From Squalus acanthias (lineage: Eukaryota), in assembly GCA_030390025.1 (NCBI GenBank), contig CM059438.1:60328001-60392000 (forward strand): a DNA stretch of 64,000 nt. The letters run 5' to 3'. The translations under genes and the position numbers were made by a program. Numbering within the stretch: the first letter of the stretch is position 1; each line of letters begins with the position of its first letter. Below, piece by piece: positions 24,402 through 35,864 of the stretch. The notes under the pieces were generated by a model. That model was not told the DNA's origin. It ran no database searches and saw only the letters and a list, made by a program, of their open reading frames with translations.

Positions 24402-25422
24402 TGGAAAATTTTCGGACTGGAGACCAGTTACCAGCGGTGTGCTACAGGGGTCGGTGCTTGGTCCTCTGCTGTTTGTGATTTTTATCAATGACTTGGAGGA
24501 GGGGACTGAAGGGTGGATCAGTAAATTTGCTGATGACACCAAGATTGGTGGAGTAGTGGATGAGGTGGAGGGCTGTTGTAGGCTGCAAAGAGACATTGAT
24601 AGGATGCAGAGCTGGGCCGAAAAATGGCAGATGGAATTTAACCCTGATAAGTGCGAGGTGATTCATTTTGGGAGGGCAAATTTGAATAAGGATTACAGGG
24701 TCAACGGCAGGGTTCTGAGGAACGTGGAGGAACAGAGGGATCTGGGGGTTCATATCCACAGATCTCTGAAGGTTGCCACTCAAGTGGATAGAGCAGTAAA
24801 GAAGGCCTATAGTGTGTTAGCATTTATTAACAAGGGGTTTGAGTTTAAGAACCGTGAGGTTATGCTGCAACTGTACAGGACCTTGGTGAGACCACATTTG
24901 GAATATTGTGTGCAGTTCTGGTCACCTCACTATGGAAGGACGTGAAGCATTGGAAAGAGTGCAAAGGAGATTTACCAGGATGCTGCCTGGTTTGGGGGGG
25001 GAGGTCTTATGAGGAAAGATTGAGGGAGCTAGGGCTTTTCTCTTTAGAGCGGAGGAGGATGAGAGGCGACTTAATAGAGGTTTATAAGATGATGAGGGGG
25101 ATAGATAGAGTGGATGTTCAGAGACTATTTCCTCGGGTGGATGTAGCTGTTACAAGGGGGCATAACTATAAGGTGCATGGGGGGAGATATAGAAGGGATG
25201 TCTGAGGTAGATTCTTTACTCAGAGAGTGGTTGGGGTGTGGAATGGACTGCCTGCTGTGATAGTGGAGTCGGACACTTTAGGAACTTTCAAGCGGTTATT
25301 GGATAAGCACATGGAGCACACCAGAATGATAGGGAGTGGGATAGCTTGATCTTGGTTTCGGACAATGCTCGGCACAACATCGAGGCCGAAGGGCCTGTAC
25401 TGTGCTGTGCTGTTCTATGTTC
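24402..25422 (+). mobile_element. 5'-truncated CR1, same young subfamily as the 32300-35834 element
   Basis: Nearly letter-for-letter copy of about 34813-35834, with indels near 24934 and 24995 and CGA>TGA at 25203. Confidence 0.93.
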
Positions 25423-25610
25423 TGGGGATTTGCAACTCACAGCGTCACTCTTAATCCCCTGAATTTGGGACAATTTGAACATTAATAACCGCATGTGTCA
25501 TTAACACGGTTATACTTTTCCAGCAAGTTCTGGCTCAGTATACTGAAAGTCCAGTGTATCGTGCGTGCACTGTCACACTTTCTGTTACACCCTGTACGGC
25601 TTCTCTATAG

Positions 25611-27079
25611 CAGGAGTTCTCAACTGGGGGTCCGTCATAAGTAACCTCCAGCATTTAAAAAAAATCAGATTTAAAACAAAAAGAAAAATACACCCCATAG
25701 AATAAAGGTGGGATCGAGCTGAGTAATCTGGCGACTCCGGCCCCGACTCGGACCTCCGTTGCCCCGCTTCCGAGCGTCTGTGCAATAACAGCGGCAGCTG
25801 CTGCTGAACCCAGGCCGCTCGTTGCTGAGCGCAGATCCCCCCGGCTCAAGCTCTCCGTCCTCCACTCTCCTCTCGTCAGATCCCGCTGTATATGTCCCCC
25901 CCCCCCCACCCCCCACACTTGTCCTAACGCCACGCTGCGTGGGTTGTACCCCCTCCCTCGGGCTAATTGGGGCAGTTTGCTCTTCGACCATCACCCCTGG
26001 CTCCCTGAATCCTCTCACTGCCATACGTCACCAGCGGCAACTGTAACCCATTTAGTGCAAGCATCCTGCGACTATTGAAACCAGCTAATGGCGGCTCTGC
26101 GCTCGCACGGACGTCCGTTCCGTTTCAGATTTGATTTTTTTTGGTCCTATTTTTGTTACTCGCGTGGTCGCGATTGTCAGTCAAATGAAGAGGGGGGCGA
26201 GGAAATAGGCGGCAGATGCAAGGAGGAAAGGAGCTGCTGGGGTCAAACAGTGAGTCGCTGACTTCCTGGAGGAAGAAGAGCGGAATATGTCAACATTAGG
26301 AAACTATTAGGATTGACCTTCTACCAGAAAAACTGAAACAGTTTGCAAACTCATTTAAATATTATGCACGGTCTAATTTTTCCCATTTTCTCTCCTGCTG
26401 TGTTCCAAGTGTTGATTCACATTGTTGTATAGTTACAAGGGTGCTGGCTGCTGTTTGGTGCCTCACCTCATTCATCCTTCACCTGCGAGCCTATACCTTG
26501 AGTGTTAGCAGTCTTGCTCGACTAAGGAGGGCATCGCAGGCAGACCTGATTGTTCACACCCAATGTTGGCCTCCAGCTAGGATTTCAACCTTCCAGGAGT
26601 GTCCTGGAGTCGCCTGGAATAAAACATGAATCTGGGCACTGCTGCGAGCAATTTGGGAGAAAAATCATACGGGCCTTAAAAAAAATTGTCTTTTCATCTT
26701 CATTGTAGATTTTTGTTTATTAGTTATAAAATATTGGGGATGGGGGGGGGGGGGGAGGCTGTTTGACTGACAATCGAGCAGAGAACCGGGACCGGTTAAC
26801 GTGCCGGGAACAGTCGGCGAGGGAGTCGGGGGTTGCGGGGGAAAGAGGGAGACTAGGGGTCAAGTGATCGGGGCTCAAGTGGAGGGAAAGAGGGAGTGGG
26901 ATGGGCGGGTGTATTTTCTGCAGTGCCGGGACAGCAGCAGCAGCAGCAGTAACATGGTGAGTGGGAGCAGTGCTGAGAGAGTTTTTATACTTGTGTTGTG
27001 TTACAGGGAGTCTGCGGAACTTTTGTAACATGCTGGGGGGGGGGGGGGCGCTCAGAACCAAAAAGGTTGAGAACACCTG
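25611..27079. mobile_element. hAT (Charlie-like) non-autonomous element
   Basis: TIR CAGGAGTTCTCAAC / CAGGTGTTCTCAAC. Flanks CTCTATAG / CTCTGCGG look like a decayed 8-bp TSD. Confidence 0.6.
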
Positions 27080-28027
27080 CTCTGCGGCACATCTCAGACA
27101 CATTTAATCATCGTCAAATTGATTTTAGCGCAGTCAAATTTATCCCACCAACCTGACTGGATCTTTCTTCCCATGTGATTGACTCCCCGGACTGAATTAC
27201 CCTTTCCCAACAGCTGCAACAGACCACAGATAGGCAAATTAGAACAAGCTAAAAACACTGGAACTGCACCGGGCTAGGGGTAAATGTAGGAAAGTGTAAA
27301 TTAGTAAAACACTAATTCTTACATCTGACACTCTCTTCCTCCTGCACTCAAATCGCTTACTTACAGATGCCCCAAACAGTCTTCAAATGTTACAGGCTAA
27401 TTAGTACCTTCCCCAACGGATTTCCCTCCCATTGAAATCAATGGGCGATCAGCTCTGCCCATTCACTGACCAAGCGGTGATGGAACTGCACCAGGAGTGT
27501 CAGCCTGGATTTTGTGCTCAAGGCTCCGAAGTGGGGCTTGAACCCGCGACCTCTGAGTGAGGGGTGAGAGTGCGACCCACTGAGCCACGGCGCCATTTCT
27601 TTGCGTGTGTTCAGCATGGTGGAAGATTCATCTCTTCAGGAGTCGTTGGCCCACTGTCTCAGATCTTCATCAGCTCAATGTTCAAACAGCCAGGTTACGG
27701 AAGAATCTTTAAGAGTTTCCCATGTCGTAGGTGCATTCCTGTAGCTCTGTGCAACTTGACTTTGTATTGCCTGATCAATGAGCTGATGCCCTTCAGGAAA
27801 GGGAACCCGCCACCACTACCCGGTCTGCTCTAGATTTATCTCCAGTCTCTGACTATGTGGTTGATTGTTAATGCTCTGTGAAGTCGTTATAAAACAAAAA
27901 TCACTACAGAAGGCCCAACGCCACCTTAGGAACATTAGGAACAGGAGAAGGCCATTCAGCCCCTCGAGCCTGCTCTGCCATTCAATTAGATCATGACAGA
28001 TCTGCAACTCAACTCTATTTACCTGCC

Positions 28028-28204
28028 GATAGCAAAATACTGCGGATGCTGGAAATCCGAAATAACAACAGAAAACGCTGGAAAAACTCAGCAGGCCAGG
28101 CAGCATCCGTGGAGAGAGAAACAGAGTTAACGTTTCAGGTCGAAGACCTTTCGTCAGAACTGGAAAAAGCAGGAAATGAAATAGATTTAAAGCAAGGATA
28201 AAGC
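28028..28204 (-). mobile_element. Penelope-like pLTR fragment inserted in a CR1 tail, with a 13-bp flanking duplication
   Basis: Antisense copy of about 39670-39835, flanked by CTATTTACCTGCC at 28015-28027 and 28205-28217. Confidence 0.78.
28125..28161 (-). ncRNA. Minimal type-I hammerhead ribozyme motif (sense to BSPRY pre-mRNA)
   Basis: Reverse complement reads AGTT-CTGACGA-A-AGGTC(TTC)GACCT-GAAA-C-GTT-AACT. Confidence 0.75.
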
Positions 28205-28539
28205 CTATTTACCTGCCTTTGCTCCATATCCCTTGATACCCTTACCCAACAAAAATCTATCAATCTCAGTCTTTAAAGCTCCTTCTCAAGCCAGCTAGGG
28301 ATGGGCAATAAATGTTGCCTTGCCAGTGTCACCCACCTTCCGAGAACAAAAAATAATGGAAATGTTATTTGCTGGGTTTGTGACTGACACCTGAGCTAGG
28401 GTACAGCAGCCAGTGGTTACGGTACTGGACTATACAACCCAGAGATCATGAGTTCAAATCCCACCATGGCAAGTTAGGAAAGTGAATTCATTAAACTGGG
28501 TAATTAGACTGGCACCAGGAATAATAACCATGATTCACA

Positions 28540-28885
28540 GGATCTTACAGCACAGAAGGAGGCCATTCGGCCCATCGTGCCTCTGCCGGCTCTTTGAACG
28601 AGCTCTCCAATTAACTCCCCTGCTCTTTCCCCACAGCCCTGCAGTTTTCTTTCCTTTTCAAGTATTTATCCAATTCCCTTTTGAAAGTTCCTATTGAATC
28701 TGCTTCCACCGCCCTCTCAGGTAGTGCGTTCCAGATCATAACTCGCTGCGTAAAAAAGATTCTCCTTATCTCCTCTCTGGTTCTTTTGCCAGTTATCTTA
28801 AATCTGTGTCCTCTGGTTACTGACCCTCCTGCCAGTGAAAACAGCACAATTTACTCGATCAAAACCCCATATAATTTTGAACACT
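28540..28885 (-). mobile_element. CR1 3' fragment
   Basis: Antisense VTRGHRFKI...FFTQRV..WNALPE. Confidence 0.8.
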
Positions 28886-30221
28886 TCAAACACTTGCAAA
28901 AATTTGGAAAGCTTGACAGATTGTTGTAAGGCAAGAAAGAATTTGCATTTCTACAGCACCTCTCATGACCTCAGCACTACCCAAAGCCAATAGAGTACTT
29001 TTTTTGAAGTGTAGTTACTGTTGTAATGTATGAAACACAGCAACCAATTTGAGCACAGCAAGCTCCCACAAACAGCAATGAGATAAATGACCAGATAATC
29101 TGTTTTAGTGATGGATAAATATTGGCCAGGACAGGGGAAACCCTACTGCTCCTAGCTGGTTGACATTTAATGCCCCTTGAAGTCGCCAAACAAGCCACTC
29201 AGACGTAAACAATTGCTAGTCGTTCAAGGAGAAGGCCCACCACCTCTATATAAATGCAAGTTCTTTCTTTCCTTCTTTCTTTCTTCCTTCCTTTAGTGCA
29301 GAAAATATATTATTCAGGAATATATTAACTGCCCATCCATCACTGATAATGAGGGCACAAACAGCAACAACCCTGAGCCACTTCAGGCCATGCCTGGAAT
29401 GATTTGGATGGGCGCATTGTTCAGGCAAGGGGCACTGACTCCCTCCGCCCTGTGCGCCACACAATATCGTCATCGTGCAGAGAGACCCGAGGCCAGACTG
29501 ACGGGAGGAGAAGATGGCACTTGATCAGGTACAAGAGGAGGGAGAGGAATACAAGATCACCAAGTAGGGGCCCTGCAGGTTATCGGGCAGGCTCCAAACC
29601 AGTCAGATTGGAGCGGAATTGTATGTTACAGCATGGACTCCTTACCGGATTGGGGGGAGCCCATTCGCCCAGTGCCCCTCCCCCGCTTGTGGAGATGGGG
29701 AAGCCAATCGTGCGAATGGGATGTAAACTGTCTCTGAAACATTGACAGCAATCTGTACGAGCACTGCAACGAGCGATCAGTGCTTGCCCATGTGAAGCTC
29801 TGCCAAGTCCTACCAATCGCTCATATTGATCGGCGATGCGATTTATTTGGATGCATCAGCTTTAGAAGTGGGGACGCAGCTGCACTGATGGCTCAGTGAC
29901 TTTATCCAGTGAGTAGCTGAGACATTCAGGCCACGATGCTTTTGGGGCCAGTCCCCATTCTGTGCCAACAAGGCCACACTAGGATATCTTTTTCCCCTCC
30001 CTAAGCTGGGCAACTACAATTGTGCTCAGTGCCCCTGCAAAAGAGAAGCAGAAATCAGGCAGGGTTCTCGCTGATCATTGTTATCTGATGACCTGTGCCG
30101 GAAGTGCTCTTGTGTGGGTATCCGATCAGGCTTAGCTGCAATCCCTCCACAGTGAAACAGCCCACAACCCTCACTGTCCAGGCTCACACTGGGGCGAGAG
30201 GCCAGAGATATCTGAGAAACC

Positions 30222-30742
30222 ATATCCCAGCAAAGGCCCGACTGTATCCCAGCAAAGGCCCGACTGTATCCCAGCAAAGACCCGACTGTATCCCAGCAAA
30301 GACCCGACTGTATCCCAGCAAAGACCCGATTGTATCCCAGCAAAGGCCTGACTGTATCCCAGCAAAGGCCCGACTGTATCCCAGCAAAGACCCGACTGTA
30401 TCCCAGCAAAGGCCCGACTGTATCCCAGCAAAGGCCCGACTGTATCCCAGCAAAGTCCCGACTGTATCCCAGCAAAGACCCGACTGTATCCCAGCAAAGA
30501 CCCGACTGTATCCCAGCAAAGACCCGACTGTATCCCAGCAAAGACCCGACTATCCCAGCAAAGACCCGACTGTATCCCAGCAAAGACCCGACTGTATCCC
30601 AGCAAGAAACTGACTATCCCAGCAAGGAATCCACTGCATCCCAGCAAGGAGCCGACAGTATTCCAGCAAGAAACTGACTATCCCAGCAAGGAAGCCACTG
30701 TATCCCAGCAAAGAGCCGACTGTATCCCTGCAAGAAACTGAC
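30222..30742. repeat. 22-bp minisatellite, left part (CTGTATCCCAGCAAAGACCCGA)
   Basis: Directly visible tandem repeats. Confidence 0.95.
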
Positions 30743-31550
30743 CGTAAATGTGAAGTTATCCACTTTGGTAGAAAAAACAGAAAGGCAGAGTGTTTCCTAA
30801 ATGGTGAAAGATTGGGGAATGCAGATGCTCAAAGGGACCTGGGTGTCCTTGTACATGAGTCACTGAAAGTGACTGTGCAGGTGCAGCAAGCCATTAGGAA
30901 GGCAAATGGTATGCTGGCCTTCATTACAAGAGGATTTGAGTACAGGAGTAGAGAAGTCATACTCCAATTATATAGGGCTTGGTGAGACCACACCTGGAGT
31001 ACTGTGTACAATTTTGGTCTCTTTACCTAAGGAAGGATATACTTGCCATAGAGGGAGTGGAACGAAGGTTCACGAGATTGATTCCTGGGATGGCGGGACT
31101 GTCGGATGAGAAGAGATTGAGTAAACTAGGCCTGTATTCTCTTGAATTCAGAAGAATGAGAGGGGATCTCATTGAAGCATACAAAATTATTACAGGGCTT
31201 GATAGGATGGATGCTGGGAGAATGTTTCCCTTAGCTGGGGAGTCTAGAACCAGGGGCCACAGCCTCAAGATAAGGGGTAGGCCATTCAGGACTGAGATGA
31301 GAAGAAATTTCTTCACACAGAGAGTGGTGAATCTTTGGAATTCTCTACCCCAGAGGGCTGTGGAAGCTCAGTCATTGGGTACATTCAAAACAGAAGTCGA
31401 TAGATTTCTGACTAGTAAGGGCATCAAGGGATATGGCAATAGGGCCGGTGAATGGAGTTGAGGCAGAAGATCAGCCATGATCTCATTGAATGGCGGAGCA
31501 GGCTCGAAGGGCCGAATGGCCTACTTCTGCTCCTATTTCTTATGTTCTTA
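30743..31550 (+). mobile_element. CR1 3' fragment inserted into the 22-bp minisatellite
   Basis: Encodes KCEVIHFG...VRPHLEYCVQFW...RRNFFTQRVVNLWNSLP and ends in a TTCTTATGTTCTTA tail. Confidence 0.92.
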
Positions 31551-32243
31551 TGTATCCCAGCAAAGAGTCGACTGTATCCCTGCAAGAAACTGACTATCCC
31601 AGCAAGGAATCCACTGTATCCCAGCAAGGAGCAGACCGTATCCCAGCAAGGAATCCACTGTATCCCAGCAAGGAGCAGACCATATCCCAGCAAGGAATCC
31701 ACTGTATCCCAGCAAGGAGCAGACCGTATCCCAGCAAGGAATCCACTGTATCCCAGCAAGGAGCAGACCGTATCCCAGCAAGGAATCCACTGTATCCCAG
31801 CAAGGAGCAGACCGTATCCCAGCAAGGAATCCACTGTATCCCAGCAAGGAGCAGACCGTATCCCAGCAAGGAGCAGACCGTATCCCAGCAAGGAATCCAC
31901 TGTATCCCAGCAAGGAGCAGACCGTATCCCAGCAAGGAGCAGACCGTATCCCAGCAAGGAATCCACTGTATCCCAGCAAGGAGCAGACCGTATCCCAGCA
32001 AGGAATCCACTGTATCCCAGCAAGGAGCAGACCGTATCCCAGCAAGGAGCAGACCGTATCCCAGCAAGGAATCCACTGTATCCCAGCAAGGAGCAGACCG
32101 TATCCCAGCAAGGAGCAGACCGTATCCCAGCAAGGAATCCACTGTATCCCAGCAAGGAGCAGACCGTATCCCAGCAAGGAATCCACTGTATCCCAGCAAG
32201 GAGCAGACCATATCCCAGCAAGGAATCCACTGTATCCCAGCAA
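31551..32243. repeat. 22-bp minisatellite, right part (interspersed ...GGAATCCACT and ...GGAGCAGACC units)
   Basis: Same GTATCCCAGCAA core as the left part. Confidence 0.95.
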
Positions 32244-32324
32244 AAAGGGAAGGAAAGCAAAAAAAAATTAGGCGGGAACAGAAATTAGCAAATTTCCACA
32301 TGTTCCGGCGCTGGGTCGGTCCCT

Positions 32325-32864
32325 GTGGCTCAGAAGGGAAGGGGGGAGAGCAGGAGAGCAATAGTTATTGGGGACGCAATAGTCAGAGGGACAGATAGGA
32401 GGTTCTGTGGCAGCAAAAGAGACTCACGGATGGTATGTTGCCTCCCGGGTGCCAGGGTCCGTGACGTCTCGGACCGTGTTTTCAGAATCCTCAAAGGGGA
32501 AGGGGAACAATCACAAGTCGTGGTACACATCGGTACCAACGACATAGGTAGGAGAAGGGACGGGGATTTAAAACAGGAATTTAGGGAGCTAGGTTGGAAG
32601 CTGAGAGCCAGTACAAACCATGTTGTAATTTCTGGTTTGTTGCCGGTGCCACGTGCTAGCGAGTTGAGGAACAGGGAGAGAGTGCAGATAAACACGTGGC
32701 TGCAGGGATGGTGTAGGGGGGAGGGTTTCAGTTATGTGGATAATTGGAGCACATTCTGGGGAAGGTGGGACCTGTACAAACAGGATGGTTTGCACCTGAA
32801 CCAGAGGGGCACCAATATCCTGGGAGGGAAATTTGCTACGGCTCTTCGGGGGGGTTTAAACTAA
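32325..32864 (+). CDS. CR1 ORF1 C-terminal SGNH/GDSL esterase domain (partial)
   Basis: Motifs IVIGD(A)IVR, LPGA, HIGTNDI and DGLHLN are typical of CR1 ORF1 esterases. The track start is GTG, not ATG. Confidence 0.88.
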   Translation: MAQKGRGESRRAIVIGDAIVRGTDRRFCGSKRDSRMVCCLPGARVRDVSDRVFRILKGEGEQSQVVVHIGTNDIGRRRDGDLKQEFRELGWKLRASTNHVVISGLLPVPRASELRNRERVQINTWLQGWCRGEGFSYVDNWSTFWGRWDLYKQDGLHLNQRGTNILGGKFATALRGGLN

Positions 32865-35761
32865 TTTTTCAGGGGGATGGGAAAAAGGGCTGTAGTCCAC
32901 GAGCCAGTAGTGAGTGTAGGGAGGTACTGAGGAGGGTATCAAGGTCGCAGGAATGTACCGGCAGACAGGAAGATGGCTTGAAGTGTGTCTACTTCAATGC
33001 AAGGAGCATCCGGAATAAGGTAGGAGAACTTGGAGCGTGGATTGGTACTTGGGACTACGATGTGGTGGCCATTACGGAGACATGGTTAGAACAGGGACAG
33101 GAATGGTTGTTGGAAGTTCCGGGGTATAGATGTTTCAGTAAGAGTAGGGAAGTTGGTAAGAAAGGTGGAGGAGTAGCATTGTTAATCAAGGATAGTTTAA
33201 CAGCGGCAGAAAGGCAGTTCGAGGGGGATCTGCCGTCTGAGGTAATATGGGCTGAAGTTAGAAATAGGAAAGGAGCGGTCACGTTGTTAGGAGTTTTCTA
33301 CAGGCCCCCAAATAGTAATAAAGATGTGGAGGAAGAAATTGCAAAGCAGATTATGAATAGGTGTGGAGGTCACAGAGTAGTTGTCATGGGTGACTTCAAC
33401 TTTCCAAATATTGATTGGAACCTTTATAGGTCAAACAGTTCGGATGGGATAGTTTTTGCACAGTGTGTGCAGGAGGGTTTCCTGACACAATATGTGGATA
33501 GGCCGACAAGAGGTGGGGCCACGTTGGATTTGGTACTGGGTAATGAACCGGGCCAAGTGTTTGATTTGTATGTGGGAGAGCACTTTGGAGATAGTGACCA
33601 CAATTCGGTAACTTTCACTATTGCAATGGAGAGGGATAGGGCCATACGGCAGGGCAGGGTTTATAATTGGGGGAGGGGTAATTATGATGCGATTAGGCAA
33701 GAATTAGGGAGTATAAGATGGGAACAGAAACTATCAGGGAAAGGCACAAACGAAAAGTGGAGCTTTTTCATGGAGCAATTACTGCGTGTCCTTGATAGGT
33801 ATGTCCCTGTCAGGCAGGGAGGAAATGGCCGAGTGAGAGAACCATGGTTCACAAAAGAGGTTGAATGTCTAGTCAAGAGGAAAAAGGAAGCGTATGTAAG
33901 GATGAGAAAACAAGGTTCAGTTGGGTCGATTGAGGGGTACAAGGTAGCAAGGAATGAGCTAAAAAAAGAGCTTAGGAGAGCTAGGAGGGGGCATGAGAAG
34001 TCCTTGGCGGGTCGGATCAAGAAAAACCCCAAGGCTTTTTACTCTTATGTGAGAAATAAAAGAATGACCAGGGTGAGGGTAGGGCCGGTCAAGGACAGTA
34101 GTGGGAACTTGTGCATGGAGTCAGAAGAGATAGGAGAGGTGATGAATGAATACTTTTCGTCAGTGTTCACCGAGGAGAGGGGCCATGTTCTTGAGGATGA
34201 GAGTGTGATAAAGGTGGATAGGCTGGAGGTGGTAGATGTTCTGAGGGAAGATGTTTTAGCAATTTTGAAGAACCTGAGGGTCGATAAGTCCCCTGGGCCA
34301 GATGGGATATATCCTAGGATTCTTTGGGAGGCAAGGGAGGAGATTGCAGAGCCTCTGGCTTTGATCTTTGGGTCCTCACTGTCCACGGGGATGGTGCCAG
34401 AGGACTGGAGAGTGGCGAATGTTGTTCCTCTCTTCAAGAAAGGAAATAGGAATGACCCTGGTAATTATAGGCCGGTTAGTCTTACTTCGGTGGTTGGTAA
34501 GATAATGGAAAAGGTCCTGAGGGATAGGATTTATGACCATTTGGAAAGGGGCAACTTAATCAGGGATAGTCAACACGGATTCGTGAAGGGTAAGTCTTGC
34601 CTAACAAATTTGATTGAATTCTTTGAGGAGGTAACAAAGTGTGTAGATGAAGGTAGAGCAGTTGATGTCGTATACATGGATTTTAGTAAGGTGTTTGATA
34701 AGGTTCCCCATGGTCGTCTCATGAAGAAAGTAAGGAGTTGTGGGATAGAGGGAAATTTGGCCGATTGGATAAGTAACTGGCTATCTCATAGAAGGCAGAG
34801 GGTGGTGGTGGATGGAACATTTTCGGACTGGAGACCAGTTACCAGCGGTGTGCCACAGGGGTCGGTGCTGGGTCCTCTGCTGTTTGTGATTTTTATCAAT
34901 GACTTGGAGGAGGGGACTGAAGGGTGGATCAGTAAATTTGCTGATGACACCAAGATTGGTGGAGTAGTGGATGAGGTGGAGGGCAGTTGTAGGCTGCAAA
35001 GAGACATTGATAGGATGCAGAGCTGGGCCGAAAAATGGCAGATGGAATTTAACCCTGATAAGTGCGAGGTGATTCATTTTGGTAGGGCAAATTTGAATAA
35101 GGATTACAGGGTCAACGGCAGGGTTCTGAGGAATGTGGAGGAGCAGAGGGATCTGGGGGTTCATATCCACAGATCTCTGAAGGTTGCCACTCAAGTGGAT
35201 AGAGCAGTAAAGAAGGCCTATGGTGTGTTGGCGTTTATTAACAGAGGGTTTGCGTTTAAGAACCGTGAGGTTATGCTGCAACTGTACAGGACCTTGGTGA
35301 GACCACATTTGGAATATTGTGTGCAGTTCTGGTCACCTCACTATAGGAAGGACGTGGAAGCATTGGAAAGAGTGCAAAGGAGATTTACCAGGATGCTGCC
35401 TGGTTTGGGAGGGAGGTCTTATGAGGAAAGATTGAGGGAGTTGGGGCTTTTCTCTTTAGAGCGGAGGAGGATGAGAGGCGACTTAATAGAGGTTTATAAG
35501 ATGATGAGGGGGATAGATAGAGTGGATGTTCAGAGACTATTTCCTCGGGTAGAGGCAGCTGTTACAAGGGGGCATAACTATAAGGTGCATGGGGGGAGAT
35601 ATAGAAGGGATGTCCGAGGTAGATTCTTTACTCAGAGAGTGGTTGGGGTGTGGAATGGACTGCCTGCTGTGATAGTGGAGTCGGACACTTTAGGAACTTT
35701 CAAGCGGTTATTGGATAAGCACATGGAGCACACCAGAGTGATAGGGAGTGTGATAGCTTGA
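32855..35761 (+). CDS. CR1 ORF2: apurinic-like endonuclease plus reverse transcriptase
   Basis: Endonuclease motifs YFNARS, ITETW, YRPP, MGDFN, LDL, SDH; RT motifs PGPDG, NYRPVSL, QHGF, GVPQGSVLGP, FADD. No stop codons. The track start at 32744 is TTG. Confidence 0.93.
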   Translation, partial: FKLIFQGDGKKGCSPRASSECREVLRRVSRSQECTGRQEDGLKCVYFNARSIRNKVGELGAWIGTWDYDVVAITETWLEQGQEWLLEVPGYRCFSKSREVGKKGGGVALLIKDSLTAAERQFEGDLPSEVIWAEVRNRKGAVTLLGVFYRPPNSNKDVEEEIAKQIMNRCGGHRVVVMGDFNFPNIDWNLYRSNSSDGIVFAQCVQEGFLTQYVDRPTRGGATLDLVLGNEPGQVFDLYVGEHFGDSDHNSVTFTIAMERDRAIRQGRVYNWGRGNYDAIRQELGSIRWEQKLSGKGTNEKWSFFMEQLLRVLDRYVPVRQGGNGRVREPWFTKEVECLVKRKKEAYVRMRKQGSVGSIEGYKVARNELKKELRRARRGHEKSLAGRIKKNPKAFYSYVRNKRMTRVRVGPVKDSSGNLCMESEEIGEVMNEYFSSVFTEERGHVLEDESVIKVDRLEVVDVLREDVLAILKNLRVDKSPGPDGIYPRILWEAREEIAEPLALIFGSSLSTGMVPEDWRVANVVPLFKKGNRNDPGNYRPVSLTSVVGKIMEKVLRDRIYDHLERGNLIRDSQHGFVKGKSCLTNLIEFFEEVTKCVDEGRAVDVVYMDFSKVFDKVPHGRLMKKVRSCGIEGNLADWISNWLSHRRQRVVVDGTFSDWRPVTSGVPQGSVLGPLLFVIFINDLEEGTEGWISKFADDTKIGGVVDEVEGSCRLQRDIDRMQSWAEKWQMEFNPDKCEVIHFGRANLNKDYRVNGRVLRNVEEQRDLGVHIHRSLKVATQVDRAVKKAYGVLAFINRGFAFKNREVMLQLYRTLVRPHLEYCVQFWSPHYRKDVEALERVQRRFTRMLPGLGGRSYEERLRELGLFSLERRRMRGDLIEVYKMMRGIDRVDVQRLFPRVEAAVTRGHNYKVHGGRYRRDVRGRFFTQRVVGVWNGLPAVIVESDTLGTFKRLLDKHMEHTRVIGSVIA

Positions 35762-35864
35762 TCTTGGTCTCGGACAATGCTCGGCACAACATCGAGGCCG
35801 AAGGGCGTGTACTGTGCTGTACTGTTCTATGTTCATTGGGATTCCTGTCAGTCTCCAGAAGCAG

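Larger units (their letters stand above)
22887..25537. mobile_element. Older TIR element hosting nested Harbinger and CR1 insertions
   Basis: Degenerate TIRs TGGGCCCGGATCGTGCTAGA / TGAGCCAGAACTTGCTGGA with a left flank TAA. Confidence 0.45.
32300..35834 (+). mobile_element. CR1 LINE, 5'-truncated within ORF1, ORF2 uninterrupted; antisense in BSPRY intron 1
   Basis: Esterase-type ORF1 end, then an APE+RT ORF2, then a 3' hairpin and TGTTCTATGTTC tail. 5' boundary approximate. Confidence 0.95.

Noticed and set aside
30026..32398. Repetitive ORFs of 110-300 aa
   Set aside because: Translations of the 22-bp minisatellite.
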